A DNA stretch of 64,000 nucleotides from Eutreptiella sp. 'Long Island Sound 2002'. Its lineage: Eukaryota; Protista; Euglenida. Position numbers and translations under genes: made by a program. The stretch spans positions 65,286,001-65,350,000 of the forward strand of contig OZ038379.1 of assembly GCA_964036045.1 (NCBI GenBank). The letters are read 5' to 3'. Below are positions 25,901 through 38,896 of this stretch, piece after piece (position 1 is the stretch's first letter; each line of letters starts with the position of its first letter). Under the pieces are notes generated by a model, which did no database searches, was not told the DNA's origin, and saw nothing but the letters and a program-made list of their open reading frames with translations.

Positions 25901-27003
25901 AGGGACCAAAGTTGTGAGGATTAGGTCTCCAAACTGCTGACACCGTTTCTATTCAAACCCCTTCCATGTCGTTCGGCACCTCGTGGAACAGCGTTTGCTT
26001 GCCTAGCAGCACACCGGGGGCCGACACAACGGTTCTCGGCCCAACCGAAAGAACCGAAGGGCATTTTTGCGAGCCATTCTTCTTGGTTTGTGCAGGGTAC
26101 CATGTCGTCTTTAGGGTTCCATTACAAAGAGTTTATTAAACTTGCCTCGTCAGTATCTCCATCTCAGGCATTGCCCTCCCCCAACATTGCCTGACTCGCC
26201 ACCATCGCCAATTTCACCACCTCGCTAATTGGTCACAAACGCGATACATGAGGAGGCTTTGTCGTTGAATGGCCAACCCTCCCCCCCCCCCGCTGGTCCC
26301 CAGGCCAACCAGCAAAACTAGTCTCCAAGAAACCCCCTACCCCTCCAAGGGGCCAGCCTCCGAGAGCCCCTGACGTCCAAGACCCTTGCATTGACCAAAG
26401 AAAACTAGGCCAACACACACTAACACAAGTTTCAAGGCCTTGCCACCACTTGCTACACCCCTTGCCGCCACTACCTCCGCCCGAACAAGGAATGCCCGTG
26501 AAGCATCACTGCCGGACCACCAGAGTACCCCACTACCGGCGGAATCCCACATGGCCACCCTGACACAGATGCTCCCCAAGTGTAGCACAGGCCCGCCACA
26601 TCTCGGTCCAAAGCACATGTTCCTTCTCCCGGAGACGCTTGTACCACCACCCTAGGCCTCTTCCAATCCACCACGATCACACTTCCTCCCTCATGCTTGC
26701 ACCCGGCACTCTTGCCCGAGGCTCTCAGCACTTCCACACCCTTCTCCCCCAGGCTCCCAAGAGCCAGCCCTCCCTGGTTCCCTAGGCTCCCAGCACCCAG
26801 CACTCCCTCCTCCTCAAGACGCGCTGCACACGCCACTCCCTCCCCCCCTTCCCGGATTCACTACCTCGCAAGCGCACAAGGACCTAGTGAAGAGATACTT
26901 CCACAAGCGGTGTTTCCAAACACCGCATGCCGCCCTAGAGGACAAATGCTTATCGTTGATAGCTGGTGCTTCGCTAGCACCTCCTCTCAGCCCCTCCCCT
27001 CAG

Positions 27004-27059
<56 letters not shown>

Positions 27060-29830
27060 CCTCAAATCTGATCGTCAACAGCGAGAAGAGAGAAGGATAA
27101 GCACAAAAAGATTGTGCCGCGGGAGCAGACAGATGAAGGAACGAGACATATGAAGGCACCAAAAAAGGTGTTGATGGAAAAGACCCACGGCGCGATGGTG
27201 CCACAGCGTTGTTTTGCTAAACCACTATTCCCCTCTCTACACCATTAGCGTTTTCAGGTATTTGTCTTGTAGTCTAGGTCTTTGTCTACGTGATCTTGCC
27301 TTGGCTCCTGGTTGGCCGAGGGTGCAAAAACCTCCCTTTTTGGGGGTGTTTGTGACGTATGGTGGCCCCTCGTGGACCTATGCAAGCCTACCATCAACGT
27401 GGCTCATGAACCACCCTTGTCCGCAATGATGCCCCGCATGTGCCGCCAGGGGGGCTTGAGGCCGCGGTCTATAGTTTCCACAGTTGGGCCACAAGCCGCT
27501 AGGTGTTAGCGAGTGACCGTGTGTGCAAAAATGACATCATGATTCCGAAGGGACCAATACGCTGAGGAGAACATCTGTGAACTCGTGACTTCGTTGTTGT
27601 TCAAAATTTTACCATCCAGTAAGGCGCCCCCTACCCTTTTTGGAACATTTTTGCTGGCCTTGAAGCTCACTTGGGGGATGACACAATGGTTCACGGCCGA
27701 ACGCAAAGGGCGGCAACCCTTTTTTTTGAAAAGAAATGAGTAAAAAGGGGGCAAAAATGACATTATGAAGCTCGAGGGACCAATGTTCCGTAGATTACAT
27801 CTCCAAACTGGTCACCCTGTTGGTTCCGTTGTTCTTTGCATGTCGTGCACCACCCCTCAGCCCTTTTGCAATAGATTTGCTTGCCCAGCAGCTTGCCGGC
27901 GGGACGACACAATGGGTCAAGGCCCAAAATAAATAGCCCCAGCCCCTTTTTGTGAAAAGAACAAGTGGAAACGCAGCAAACGTATCATTAGGTAGCCTGA
28001 GATACCAATGTTGTGAGGACTAAAGCCTTGCGGGCTAGAGATGGGGATTGGACGGTGAATAACAACTAGGCCTCATGTAGCACGTCTATGACGAGGGCTA
28101 TGGTGTCAATGATGGAAGGGACGTGGGGAAGCTGACGATGGTGTCGAGTTGGGGGGCGTTCGGGGTTACACTGTTGGAGATGGACGTGGAGACGAGGCAA
28201 CTCCAATAAGGTGCTTGTCTTGGGACCTTTAAGTCGACAAGGTACCTCGCACAGACCAAGAAGAATAGCTGGCAAAAATGCCTCACGGTCCTTCCGTTGG
28301 GCCGTGAGGCATTGTATTGTCCGCCCGGTGAGCTGGTGGGCAAGCAAACGTGTTCCGGAGAGGCTAGCGGGCGCCGCACGACATGGAAAAGGTGTCCATA
28401 TAAACAGGGTCACAAGTTTAGAGATGTAGTCCTCACAACATTGGTCTTTTAGGCTTCATAATGTCTTTTTTGGTGCGATCTCACTTAATCCCCCGGAAAA
28501 ATGGGCCGCCATACTTTGTGCTGCGCCGTGAACCATTGTGTGTTTTCCCCAGCGAGCTGCTCGGCAAGCAAAAGTGCTTTGCAAAGGCTAAGAGGCAGCG
28601 CACAACATGTAGAAGGCAACAAGACCAATAGGGTCCCCACATCGACGAGCAAAATTAGTCCCCAAGGAACCCCCTACCCTACCACATGCCACCCTCCGCG
28701 ACCCGCTGACACCGAAGAGCCTTGGACTTGTCAGAGAAAACTAGGGCTACCACATTGTTGCCTTCATCATTGAAATCTACGGGGACCGTGCGCGCTACCG
28801 GTTTGTGTTGGTCAACCCCCAACCCAACCCTCTGCAAATGCGGAGGTTCTAATTGCGCATTTCACGAAGTCATTGAAGACCCGTAGTGAGGAGCTAGACC
28901 CGTGCTTGACCCGTGCTACATAGCCTTTGGCCAGTGCCCACCATTGCCGCCACGAGGAGACCACACCCCAAGCTAGAGCCGCCACGCCCATTTCTTGCCG
29001 GTGGCGCACACCAACACATTCCACCCCAAATTCAGAGGCCCTGCTAGCACGCTCTTCTTCCCCTACCACCGCCTCCGCCACAGCAAGCAATGCCCTGAAG
29101 CATCACGGCCGGACCACCAGAGAACGTGCACAATCGCGAGCGAAATGCAACGTGGCCACTTAGACGCAAATGCTCCCCAATGGTAGCACAAGCCCGCCAC
29201 ATGTCGGTCCAATGTGGATGTCCCTTTCTCCGGAGGCGCTTGTGCCACCACCCTAGCCCTCTCCTACTGCATCACAACCAAACTCCGTCCCTCATGTTTG
29301 CACCCGGCACCCACTCTTCCCCCAGGCTCCCAGCACCCCCACACCGTTCTCCCGCGGGCTCCCAAGAGCCGGCACTCCCTCGTTCCCCAGGGACCCAGCA
29401 CCAAGCAGTCCCTCGTCCCACCCCAGCACCCGCCACTCCCTTCTCCCCACCCCCGATTCGCTACCTGATGAGCGCCGAAGAACCTAGTGAAGAGACACTT
29501 CCACATACGGTGTTTCCAGACACCACATGCTGCCCTCGGGGACAAATGGTGATGGTTGGTGGTTGGTGATTCGCCAGAACCTCCCTTGAGCTCCTCACCT
29601 CAGCATCTCTCTCTATGTGTCCAATCAAATCGCCAAAAGCATGCCAAGAAAAGAAAGGTGAAGAAGAAAAGCAGAGGAGAAGGAGAAGCAGATTGTGTTG
29701 TGGGAGGGACATATGAAGGAAGGAGACACTAAAGAAAGGAGGTGCAGGCACCAAAGAAGGTGTAGAATGAAAAGACCCATGGCACCACGTTGCCACAACG
29801 CTGTTGTTCAACACCACTATTCCCCTCCTT
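22990..29830. repeat. Degenerate tandem triplication (periods ~2.2-2.6 kb) with internal ~200-bp subrepeats and a decayed coding-like segment
   Basis: gagtgacc(t/g)tgtgtgcaaaaatgaca is at ~22990, ~25348 and ~27510. accactattccc is at ~25008, ~27222 and ~29814. Subrepeats ggggacgacacaatggttcaccgcccaacggaaagg and aaaatgacattatgaagcc...gggaccaa occur in every unit. Confidence 0.85.
27004..27053. repeat. (CT)n microsatellite
   Basis: About 24 CT dinucleotides. Confidence 0.98.
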
Positions 29831-31244
29831 AAACCATTCGGGTTTTCGGGGAAGGCCCGCCAGTGTGTGGTGCTGGGACCACGGTCGATGTGAGGGAAGG
29901 ACATGTGCCATGGGCCCCCAGTGCTGGGGCACCGGGACCAAGAGGGGGAGGGCACGGATGCGGAGTCTATGGGGGGGCAGCCCGGGGCAACCGAAGCATG
30001 GGAGAACCAAGAGGAAAAGAGGCAAAAGAATGGGACCGAGCTGGCAAGGACATGGGTGGGGGAAAAGGAAGAAACAAAGAAGAGAGGGAGAAGACCAAGC
30101 AGAGACCAAGATGGCAAGCAAGGATGGGTGTGCAAGGGGCGATGCAAGGGCGCTGGAACGGTGATGCACAGGCACCATACAGGCGATGCACGGAGGACCC
30201 CGTGGGACTAAGCCTAGCAGCCACATAGATGAGAAGGTGATTTGAGGTGGAAAGGAAGGAGGGAGGAGGAGAACAATGGGGCTTGTGTAGTCTGACCAAC
30301 TACTGCACAGCACAAGGGTGGCTAAATAGTAACAGGCAACAAGTGCATACAGGGTGGCAAATAGGCCAAGTGTTCGTAGCAGGGTGCATCTACTCCACGA
30401 ACGATCCCCTTGTGTTGGTGTCCTGTTTTCGTCACGATTTGCTGATTACGAGGTGTGTGCGCCATGTTTGAGTCCTCCGGGTCTTGGGTGTTGATTTTCC
30501 GTAAAAGCCCCCCAGCGGGTCGTGCTTCAGTCTGTCACTCGCCTTGCTTCTGTTCATCTCCTCGGGCTGCCATGACGGTGCGGGGCAGAGCCATCCCCGT
30601 TATCCCGCTTCCGTTGCTCAGCTTTGCTCGAGAGTTTGAAGCACCGATGTTTTGAGACCGACAGAAAATCCGAACTGCAAACGCAAAATCTTTTCCCCGG
30701 GCTTGGTGTTTATGGGGGGCTCCATTTGCGACTATCCCTCGCCGAGTCCCTGCATGTTAACCAACACTTGCACACGGCACGGACACTGCATGATCCATAT
30801 TTTGTTCTTGTATTTCACCGCTGTCCATAAGTGATTGGTCACCAACACCACGAAATGATGTACCATCCTTGCATGCCCTGCAGCATGGCCCCTGCGGCTC
30901 TGCACCTAAGCAAAAGGATGCAGACAGGGCTTCATATTTATATCTAACATACAACATGCTAGCATACGATATTATATGGTGACCTCGCTGACACTGTGAA
31001 TCTAGTACAACAAAAACACGAAGCTGCAAATCGTAGTAGCGTCTCTTCATTAGTGTTGACGACATCGGCGTGGCTTTGCTGTTGCGGCGACCTTCAGCAC
31101 GGTGACCGCGACGCTATCTATCCTGTGAAAATAATTCGTAGTTTTCAGGAAGGAGGCTGACTGCGCTCCTGCTTCACGCCCCTCCCAAAAGGATAGCATA
31201 GCGTGCTGATGTGGCTCGTCTCGGGGCTCCTCTGCTTGGACACG

Positions 31245-31805
31245 TCAACGATGGGGGGGAGCATCCATACATCCCTCGAAGCTTTGCTTCACTTTTCGCT
31301 GTTGTGTGCCGGGACACTGTGACCCCTTAGTCTGAACCATCATCGAAGTCACAATACTTGACTTGCTTTCGTCGGGCACGGTGTTGCATTCCAGCTCGAT
31401 GGAATATTGCTTGGCCCACTCGATGGACCGCCGTCTTGCCATAACTCGGTCCCCGTCTTCCACGGCCATAATTCCGAACTCTCGCGCCAAACTCGTTCCC
31501 CGTTCGTTGGGCTCGCTTGAATCCGCGCTGACACAACTGATCTCGTGAGTGGGCTCGTCCGTGGGTTCGTAGTAGTCCTCACGACGTCTTTCTGCGCTCC
31601 CCTCACTTCTCCAGTCATCGTTTTGATCGGCGCTGACCACCATGAATAGTTCGGCGGCCGTTGCTGAGTCCAGGCTCCACTGAGAACCGCCGTTCTCCTG
31701 GTTGCAGCCATCGTAGCCGCCACACTCGTAGTCTAAGTAGCCATTGCCGGCGCCGTACTCATCGCCACCATCGGCATTGTCCCTGTCCTCCTCGCTGTAA
31801 CTCAT
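31245..31805 (-). CDS. 186-aa acidic ORF in tandem unit 1; function unknown
   Basis: ATG-initiated and intact here and in unit 2 (32829-33389), frameshifted in unit 3. The N-terminal half is D/E/G/S-rich and the C-terminal half is globular-looking. No expression evidence. Confidence 0.4.
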   Translation of the reverse strand: MSYSEEDRDNADGGDEYGAGNGYLDYECGGYDGCNQENGGSQWSLDSATAAELFMVVSADQNDDWRSEGSAERRREDYYEPTDEPTHEISCVSADSSEPNERGTSLAREFGIMAVEDGDRVMARRRSIEWAKQYSIELECNTVPDESKSSIVTSMMVQTKGSQCPGTQQRKVKQSFEGCMDAPPHR

Positions 31806-32828
31806 CTTGAGGCTTGATCTGCAGCGTAGGGCGTATCGGTGCTGCCTGCAGGGGCAGATCGGCGGTCAGGTCAATGATGCATGGGCTCTTCCTGTTCGGG
31901 TGCATCCACTGGCACCGGTGTGCCTTGATCCTGCAATGCAAGTCGAAATACATCATTTTTGTAGCAGGGTTCATCTACTCCACGAACGATCCCCTTGTGC
32001 TGGTGTCCTGTTTTCGTCACGATTTGCTGATCACGAGGTGTGTGTGCCATGTTTGAGTCCTCCGGGTCTTGGGTGTTGATTTTCCGTAAAAGCTCCCCAG
32101 CGGGTCGTGCTTCAGTCTGTCACTCGCCTTGCTTCTGTTCATCTCCTCGGGTGCCATGACGGCGCGGGGCAGAGCCATCCCCGTTATCCGGCTTCCGCTG
32201 CTCAGCTTTGCTCGAGAGTTTGAAGCACCGATGTTTTGAGACCGACAGGAAATCCAAACTGCAAACGCAAAATCTTTTCCCCGGGCTTGGTGTTTATGGG
32301 GGGCTCCATTTGCGACTATCCCTCGCCGAGTCCCTGCATGTTAACCAACACTTGCACACGGCACGGACACTGCATGATCCATATTCTGTTCTTGTATTTC
32401 ACCGCTGTCCATAAGTGATTGGTCACCAACACCACGAAATGATGTACCATCCTTGCATGCCCTGCAGCATGGCCCCTGCGGCTCTGCACCTAAGCAAAAG
32501 GATGCAGACAGGGCTTCATATTTATATCTAACATACAACATGCTAGCATACGATATTATATGGTGACCTCGCTGACACTGTGAATCTAGTACAACAAAAA
32601 CACGAAGCTGCAAATCGTAGTAGCGTCTCTTCATTAGTGTTGACGACATCGGCGTGGCTTTGCTGTTGCGGCGACCTTCAGCACGGTGACCGCGACGCTA
32701 TCTATCCTGTGAAAATAATTCGTAGTTTTCAGGAAGGAGGCTGACTGCGCTCCTGCTTCACGCCCCTCCCAAAAGGATAGCATAGCGTGCTGATGTGGCT
32801 CGTCTCGGGGCTCCTCTGCTTGGACACG

Positions 32829-33389
32829 TCAACGATGGGGGGGAGCATCCATACATCCCTCGAAGCTTTGCTTCACTTTTCGCTGTTGTGTGCCGGGACA
32901 CTGTGACCCCTTAGTCTGAACCATCATCGAAGTCACAATACTTGACTTGCTTTCGTCGGGCACGGTGTTGCATTCCACCTCGATGGAATATTGCTTGGCC
33001 CACTCGATGGACCGCCGTCTTGCCATAACTCGGTCCCCGTCTTCGACGGCCATAATTCCGAACTCTCGCGCCAAACTCGTTCCCCGTTCGTTGGGCTCGC
33101 TTGAATCCGCGCTGACACAACGGATCTCGTGAGTGGGCTCGTCCGTGGGTTCGTAGTAGTCCTCACGACGTCTTTCTGCGCTCCCCTCACTTCTCCAGTC
33201 ATCGTTTTGATCGGCGCTGACCGCCCCGAATAGTTCGGCGGCCGTTGCTGAGTCCAGGCTCCACTGAGAACCGCCGTTCTCCTGGTTGCAGCCATCGTAG
33301 CTGCCACACTCGTAGTCTAAGTAGCCATTGCCGGCGCCGTACTCATCGCCACCATCGGCATTGTCTCTGTCCTCCTCGCTGTAACTCAT
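32829..33389 (-). CDS. 186-aa acidic ORF in tandem unit 2; function unknown
   Basis: Near-identical paralogue of 31245-31805, with a handful of substitutions. Confidence 0.4.
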   Translation of the reverse strand: MSYSEEDRDNADGGDEYGAGNGYLDYECGSYDGCNQENGGSQWSLDSATAAELFGAVSADQNDDWRSEGSAERRREDYYEPTDEPTHEIRCVSADSSEPNERGTSLAREFGIMAVEDGDRVMARRRSIEWAKQYSIEVECNTVPDESKSSIVTSMMVQTKGSQCPGTQQRKVKQSFEGCMDAPPHR

Positions 33390-35589
33390 CTTGAGGCTTG
33401 ATCTGCAGCGTAGGGCGTATCGGTGCTGCCTGCAGGGGCAGATCGGCGGTCAGGTCAATGATGCATGGGCTCTCCCTGTTCGGGTGCATCCACTGGCACC
33501 GGTGTGCCTTGATCCTGCAATGCAAGTCGAAATACATCATTTTTGTAGCAGGGTTCATCTACTCCACGAACGATCCCCTTGTGTTGGTGTCCTGTTTTCG
33601 TCACGATTTGCTGATCACGAGGTGTGTGTGCCATGTTTGAGTCCTCCGGGTCTTGGGTGTTGATTTTCCGTAAAAGCTCCCCAGCGGGTCGTGCTTCAGT
33701 CTGTCACTCGCCTTGCTTCTGTTCATCTCCTCGGGTGCCATGACGGCGCGGGGCAGAGCCATCCCCGTTATCCGGCTTCCGCTGCTCAGCTTTGCTCGAG
33801 AGTTTGAAGCACCGATGTTTTGAGACCGACAGAAAATCCAAACTGCAAACGCAAAATCTTTTCCCCGGGCTTGGTGTTTATGGGGGGCTCCATTTGCGAC
33901 TATCCCTCGCCGAGTCCCTGCATGTTAACCAACACTTGCACACGGCACGGACACTGCATGATCCATATTCTGTTCTTGTATTTCACCGCTGTCCATAAGT
34001 GATTGGTCACCAACACCACGAAATGATGTACCATCCTTGCATGCCCTGCAGCATGGCCCCTGCGGCTCTGCACCTAAGCAAAAGGATGCAGACAGGGCTT
34101 CATATTTATATCTAACATACAACATGCAAGCATACGATATTATATGGCGACCTCGCTGACACTGTGAATCTAGTACAACAAAAACACGAAGCTGCAAATC
34201 GTAGTAGCGTCTCTTCATTAGTGTTGACGACATCGGCGTGGCTTTGCTGTTGCGGCGACCTTCAGCACGGTGACCGCGACGCTATCTATCCTGTGAAAAT
34301 AATTCGTAGTTTTCAGGAAGCAGGCTGACTGCGCTCCTGGTTCACGCCCCTCCCAAAAGGATAGCATAGCGTGCTGATGTGGCTCGTCTCGGGGCTCCTC
34401 TGCTTGGACACGTCAACGATGGTGGGGAGCACCCATACATCCCTCGAAGCTTTGCTTCATTTTTCGCTGTTGTGTGCCGGGCCACCGTGACCCCTTAGTC
34501 TGAACCATCATCGAAGTCACAATACCTGAACGGCTTTCATCGGGCACGGTGTTTGCATTCCAGCTCGATGGAATATTGGTTGGCCCACTCGATGGACCGC
34601 CGTCTTGCCATGACTCGGTCCCCAGTCTTCCACGGCCAGAATTCCGAACTCTCGCGCCAAACTCGTTCCCCGTTCGTTGGGCTCGCTTGAATCCGCGCTG
34701 ACACAACTGATCTCGTGAGTGGGCTCGTCCGTGGGTTCGTAGTAGTCCTCACGACGTCTTTCTGCACTCCCCTCACTTCTCCAGTCATCGTTTTGATCGG
34801 CGCTGACCGCCCCGAATAGTTCGGCGGCCGTTGCTGAGTCCAGGCTCCACCGAGAACCGCCGTTCTCCTGGTTGCAGGCGTCGTAGCCGCCACACTCGTA
34901 GTCTGAGTAGCCATTGCCGGCGCCGTACTCATCGCCGCCATCGGCATTGTCTCTGTCCTCCTCGCTGTAGCTCGTCTTGAGGCTTGATCTGCAGTGTAGG
35001 GCGTATGGGTGCTGCCTGCAGGGGCAGATCGGCGGTCAGGTCGGTGATGCATGGTCTCTCCCTCTTCGGGTGCATCCACTGGCACCGGTGTGCCTTGATC
35101 CTGCAATGCAAGTCGAAATACATCATTTCTGTAGCAGGGTTCATCTACTCCACGAACGATCCCCTTGGTTGGTGTCTTATTTCTGTCACGATTTGCTGAT
35201 TACAAGGTGTGTGCGCCATGTTTGGGTGTTGATTTTCCGTAAAAGCTCCCCAGCGGGTCATGCTTCAGTATGTCACTCGCCTTGCTTCTGTTCATCTCCT
35301 CGGGTGCCATGGCAGTGCAGGGCAGAGCCATCCCTGCTATCCGGCTTCCGTTGCTGAGCTTTGCTCGAGAGTTTCAAGCACCGATGTTTTGAGACCGACA
35401 GAAAATCCAAACTGCAAACCCAAAATCTTTTCCCCGGGCTTGGTGTTTATGGGGGGCTCCATTTGCGGCTATCCCTCGCCGAGTCCCTGCATGTTAGACG
35501 GTGGATAGAGGGAACATAGCGAAGGGGGCAGTGGCAATCGCAGCGGGCTGGGGGGGAATTTGGCGCTCCGTAAGCTGACCCCACGATCA

Positions 35590-36030
35590 GGGGCATCTGA
35601 CTAGCCAGGTGCGGCCATGGTAGCCGGGGCAGCCTTCACAGAAGTGTACCGAATTTTTGTGGAGGTGGCGGAGCAGGGGTGGGGCGGGGGCAAGGGGGGG
35701 GGGGTACGTGGGCCCACGGGGTACGGTGGGGGCGGTGAGCTGGCGGGGGACCCGGCGTTCCGTGAGTCGTCGCCACGATCGGGGGCATGTGATTGGCCAC
35801 GACAAGCCATGGTAGCCGGGGCAGCCTCCACAGAAGCTCGGTGAATTTCTCTGGAGGTGGCGGAGCAAAGGGGGGGGGGGGGCAAGGGGGGGGTTTGTGC
35901 GCCCGCGGGGTAGGGAGGGGGGTTTAGGGTAGAGAAAGTCCCCCGCAGGTAGGAATTTTTGTACACATGGTTCGCGGGAGACAAGTCTCACAATTGAAAA
36001 AGAATTTATCACCTATGGGCATGATTTTTT
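35590..36030 (+). repeat. Dispersed repeat (with an internal ~190-bp duplication) homologous to 14840-15180
   Basis: gccatggtagccggggcagcc..cacagaag occurs at ~35615 and ~35807. A third, more diverged copy is at ~14925. Confidence 0.75.
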
Positions 36031-37994
36031 CCTGCCCCCCCCTTCCTTGTGGAGCACGTAAGCAACTATCATCAAGCTGCAGCACGGAGGCTGCTGCAAC
36101 AAGGAAGCTACGGCATGTTGGCTCCAAGACTTTGGCGGGCCACAAAGTTCCCACCATAGAATGTCCTGGGTCACGGCGTCGTGGCGAGGCAATTTATGTG
36201 ATGTGACACCTTGCCCTCTGTGTGGAGGAACAATTTTTGCAAAACGAACCCTGTCACCCAGAGGGGGCTGCAACTAGACTACAACGCAGGTGCTCCGGCA
36301 CAAAGGCAGATGCAACTATACTACATTGTGCAGACAAAAGCTAAGAGGCTGCAGGCATGGCTTTCGCCGTGGCCCCAATACAACCTCAATTGGTAACGAG
36401 ACCTGCGTCAATTACTTTGATCCACATGTTGTAGCATAATAGCAACGGCAGTGGAGTTGCAGCATAGAGCTTTGTGTTGCGGCGCAAACCCTAAAGTACA
36501 CATTGCCTAGGTTGGAGCATCATGGCTACTGGGCTCATGCGTTGTGACACCGGGCCGTTTTCATGGATGCACAAGCCCTTTTGAGTGGAAGCACCCAACC
36601 CTCGGTGACAATTTCCCCCACATAGACACGAGCACCATGATCAAGGAGCGAGGCAACCACGCGGTGCACAAGACGAGCACACAGATGACTATCACCACTT
36701 CGCAATGTGTCGGGAACTGCATAGTGAATAGCCCCAAGTGCTCAACGGCAGTCACAATCAACGGTTCCAACATGAGGTATCATGCGGGTTATGCCAATAT
36801 CACAAGCTAAACCTACACCTACACCTATGCACCATGAGCACCACCGCCTCAAAACAGCCTTTCTCGTTGGCACGCGTAGATGGACGCGTGCTGTATGGAT
36901 GTCTCATGCCGGATCAAGCCACGTGCACCCTAGCCGAGGTGTAGCCTGCACCACCACACAAGCCTACTCACTGTGGTGCTTCGGGGTGCTTTGTAACAGG
37001 TCTAGGTAGTCCAATCTCACTCCGACATCCTCTGATTATCTGGCATTACACAAATGCCTCAAGTAGAGGCCACAGCAACCCTATCCTGAGTTAATCACCA
37101 TGGCATTGGGTGCCTCAGTTATTGTTCCCCCCCCACTATGGCAAGCACCATATGGTTGGGCAACCACGTTAACGCTTCCAGTAAGGAGCCCACGGGGATG
37201 TTGTACGAGTAATCCTCGGTGAGCACTATGAGCAGCGGACCGCCATAGGAAGCAAACAAAGGGAAGGCATGGCATGGACGTCGACCTTATGTATCAACAA
37301 CAACACATGTACCACTGGTGCCGGGCATAGAAGATTGGAAGAGAGACGAATATTGTCCTGTTACCGGTGGCAATTTTAGGAAATCTGTGCCGACGTGCAT
37401 GCGATATGCTTCGGTCCGCCGCTTGGAAGTTTTCGACAACCCTTGGAAAGATGCTCGGAAGTTTTGGCCGCCAGATCGGCCCCCCAAAACGCAACCGATA
37501 TCGGTAGGAATGTTCCATTCACTTCCGAGCCGACCGTGGCAGGGGAGCTCGGAAGAAATTTTTTAGCCCGAACCCAGTGGAACTTTGGTTGGATGCTTGG
37601 TGCCTACCTTGCCTGCAAGATGCCATGGAGAACAGTACGTTGAAGGTAATGTTTGTCTACCCTTTGTCTGCTTTGCCTACAAAATTGCATGGAGAACATT
37701 GTGCTCAAGCTTATGATTGCTTCCCCTTTGAGCTCATTTGTGAATTTGCACTTTTGGTTTTGACAGGTTCAATGCCAGTTTGATCCTTGGTGCCTGCGTT
37801 GCCTACAAACTTGTATTGAGAACACGGTACTCAAGCTTATGATTGTTTGCCCTTTGTGCCTTGTGAAGCTTTGTGCCTGCTTTTGTGGTTTTCTTTTTGC
37901 ATGTGTGTCGCTTTTTCACCTTGGCCCCTTTGAGTAGACTCACTATTGTATTCCCTTCTTGTGCCCACAACACTTTTTGTCACCTGCAATAGAC

Positions 37995-38609
37995 ATGTCT
38001 GGTAGCCAAGGTAGTGCCGCTAGTGCCTTGTCTTTGTCCGCTTAGCCCCCCCAGCCCGTTCAGCAGCTCCCTGAACCAAATTTGGAGTTTGAGGGCGAGT
38101 TCATTAACGCGGACACAGCGGATACTGAAGTGCCCGAACCGGGTGATACACAATCGCGCCTCCAACACGCCTTGGCAGCACTGTGCCTGCGGCATAAGCC
38201 GTCAGAGTCCATTGAACCAAGGATGCTAAGGGTTTTTTTAGATAGGGTTGTCCCTGATGTATACCGCATCCACCCGAAGGAGACCTTGCTGGCTATGTTG
38301 ATGCATAAACATTTTTCAATCCCAGTTTGGACGACACGGGAGGCTCTGGGCAAGACAAGCCAGGGCAAACATGAAACTTCTTACCGTGTACAATATAGAA
38401 ACCTCTGCATTGTTGGTCCGGATCCGAAATACAACACGGATCGGACCTTTGCAGAGGAATCTGATGAGAGGCTACGTGCACATTACATGTACTTGAAATC
38501 AATACTGTTCACACACCCGGACGGTACCATTCGCGAATTAAAGTGGACGCCGAGCGATGTAGTTACTTGGTTCAAAGAGGCCAAGGTGAAAAACGGTTCA
38601 AAAAAGTAG
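37995..38609 (+). pseudogene. ~205-codon ORF with one premature stop, repeat-associated; function unknown
   Basis: The frame from ATG 37995 reads MSGSQGSAASALSLSA*PPQPVQQLPEPNLEFEGEF...HPDGTIRELKWTPSDVVTWFKEAK. A diverged inverted partial copy is at 40745-40895. Confidence 0.4.
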
Positions 38610-38896
38610 TTACCTGCAACCTGCAGTCCCCCCCCCTCTCATGTATTCACGTTCTGTTCGAGGTTTTCAGGGTTATCATAAACGATGCCTTCTGTATGTC
38701 ACCCAGGTCTTGCAGTTTCAAATAATACCAGGCGCAAAATCATGAAAGTTGGGCGCCTATGCGAAATTTCGCCCAGCTGGAAGAACAATAGCATAAAACA
38801 CAGTCAAATCAATCCCAACGCTGCGTACTCCGTCCCAACTCCTCTTCCTCATCAAGCATCTCGAGGGACGAGTCACTACTACTACTACTAATACGA

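Larger units (their letters stand above)
30376..35495. repeat. Young tandem array of ~1585-bp units (~3.2 copies)
   Basis: gtagcagggt(g/t)catctactccacgaacgatcccc recurs at 30376, 31961, 33545 and 35131. The ORF track shows near-identical translations in each period. Confidence 0.97.

Noticed and set aside
30376-35495. Tandem unit as a Helitron or as an SL-RNA/5S/tRNA gene array
   Set aside because: There are no TC…hairpin-CTRR termini at the array edges, no Rep/helicase motifs, and no recognisable 5S, tRNA or spliced-leader sequence in the unit.
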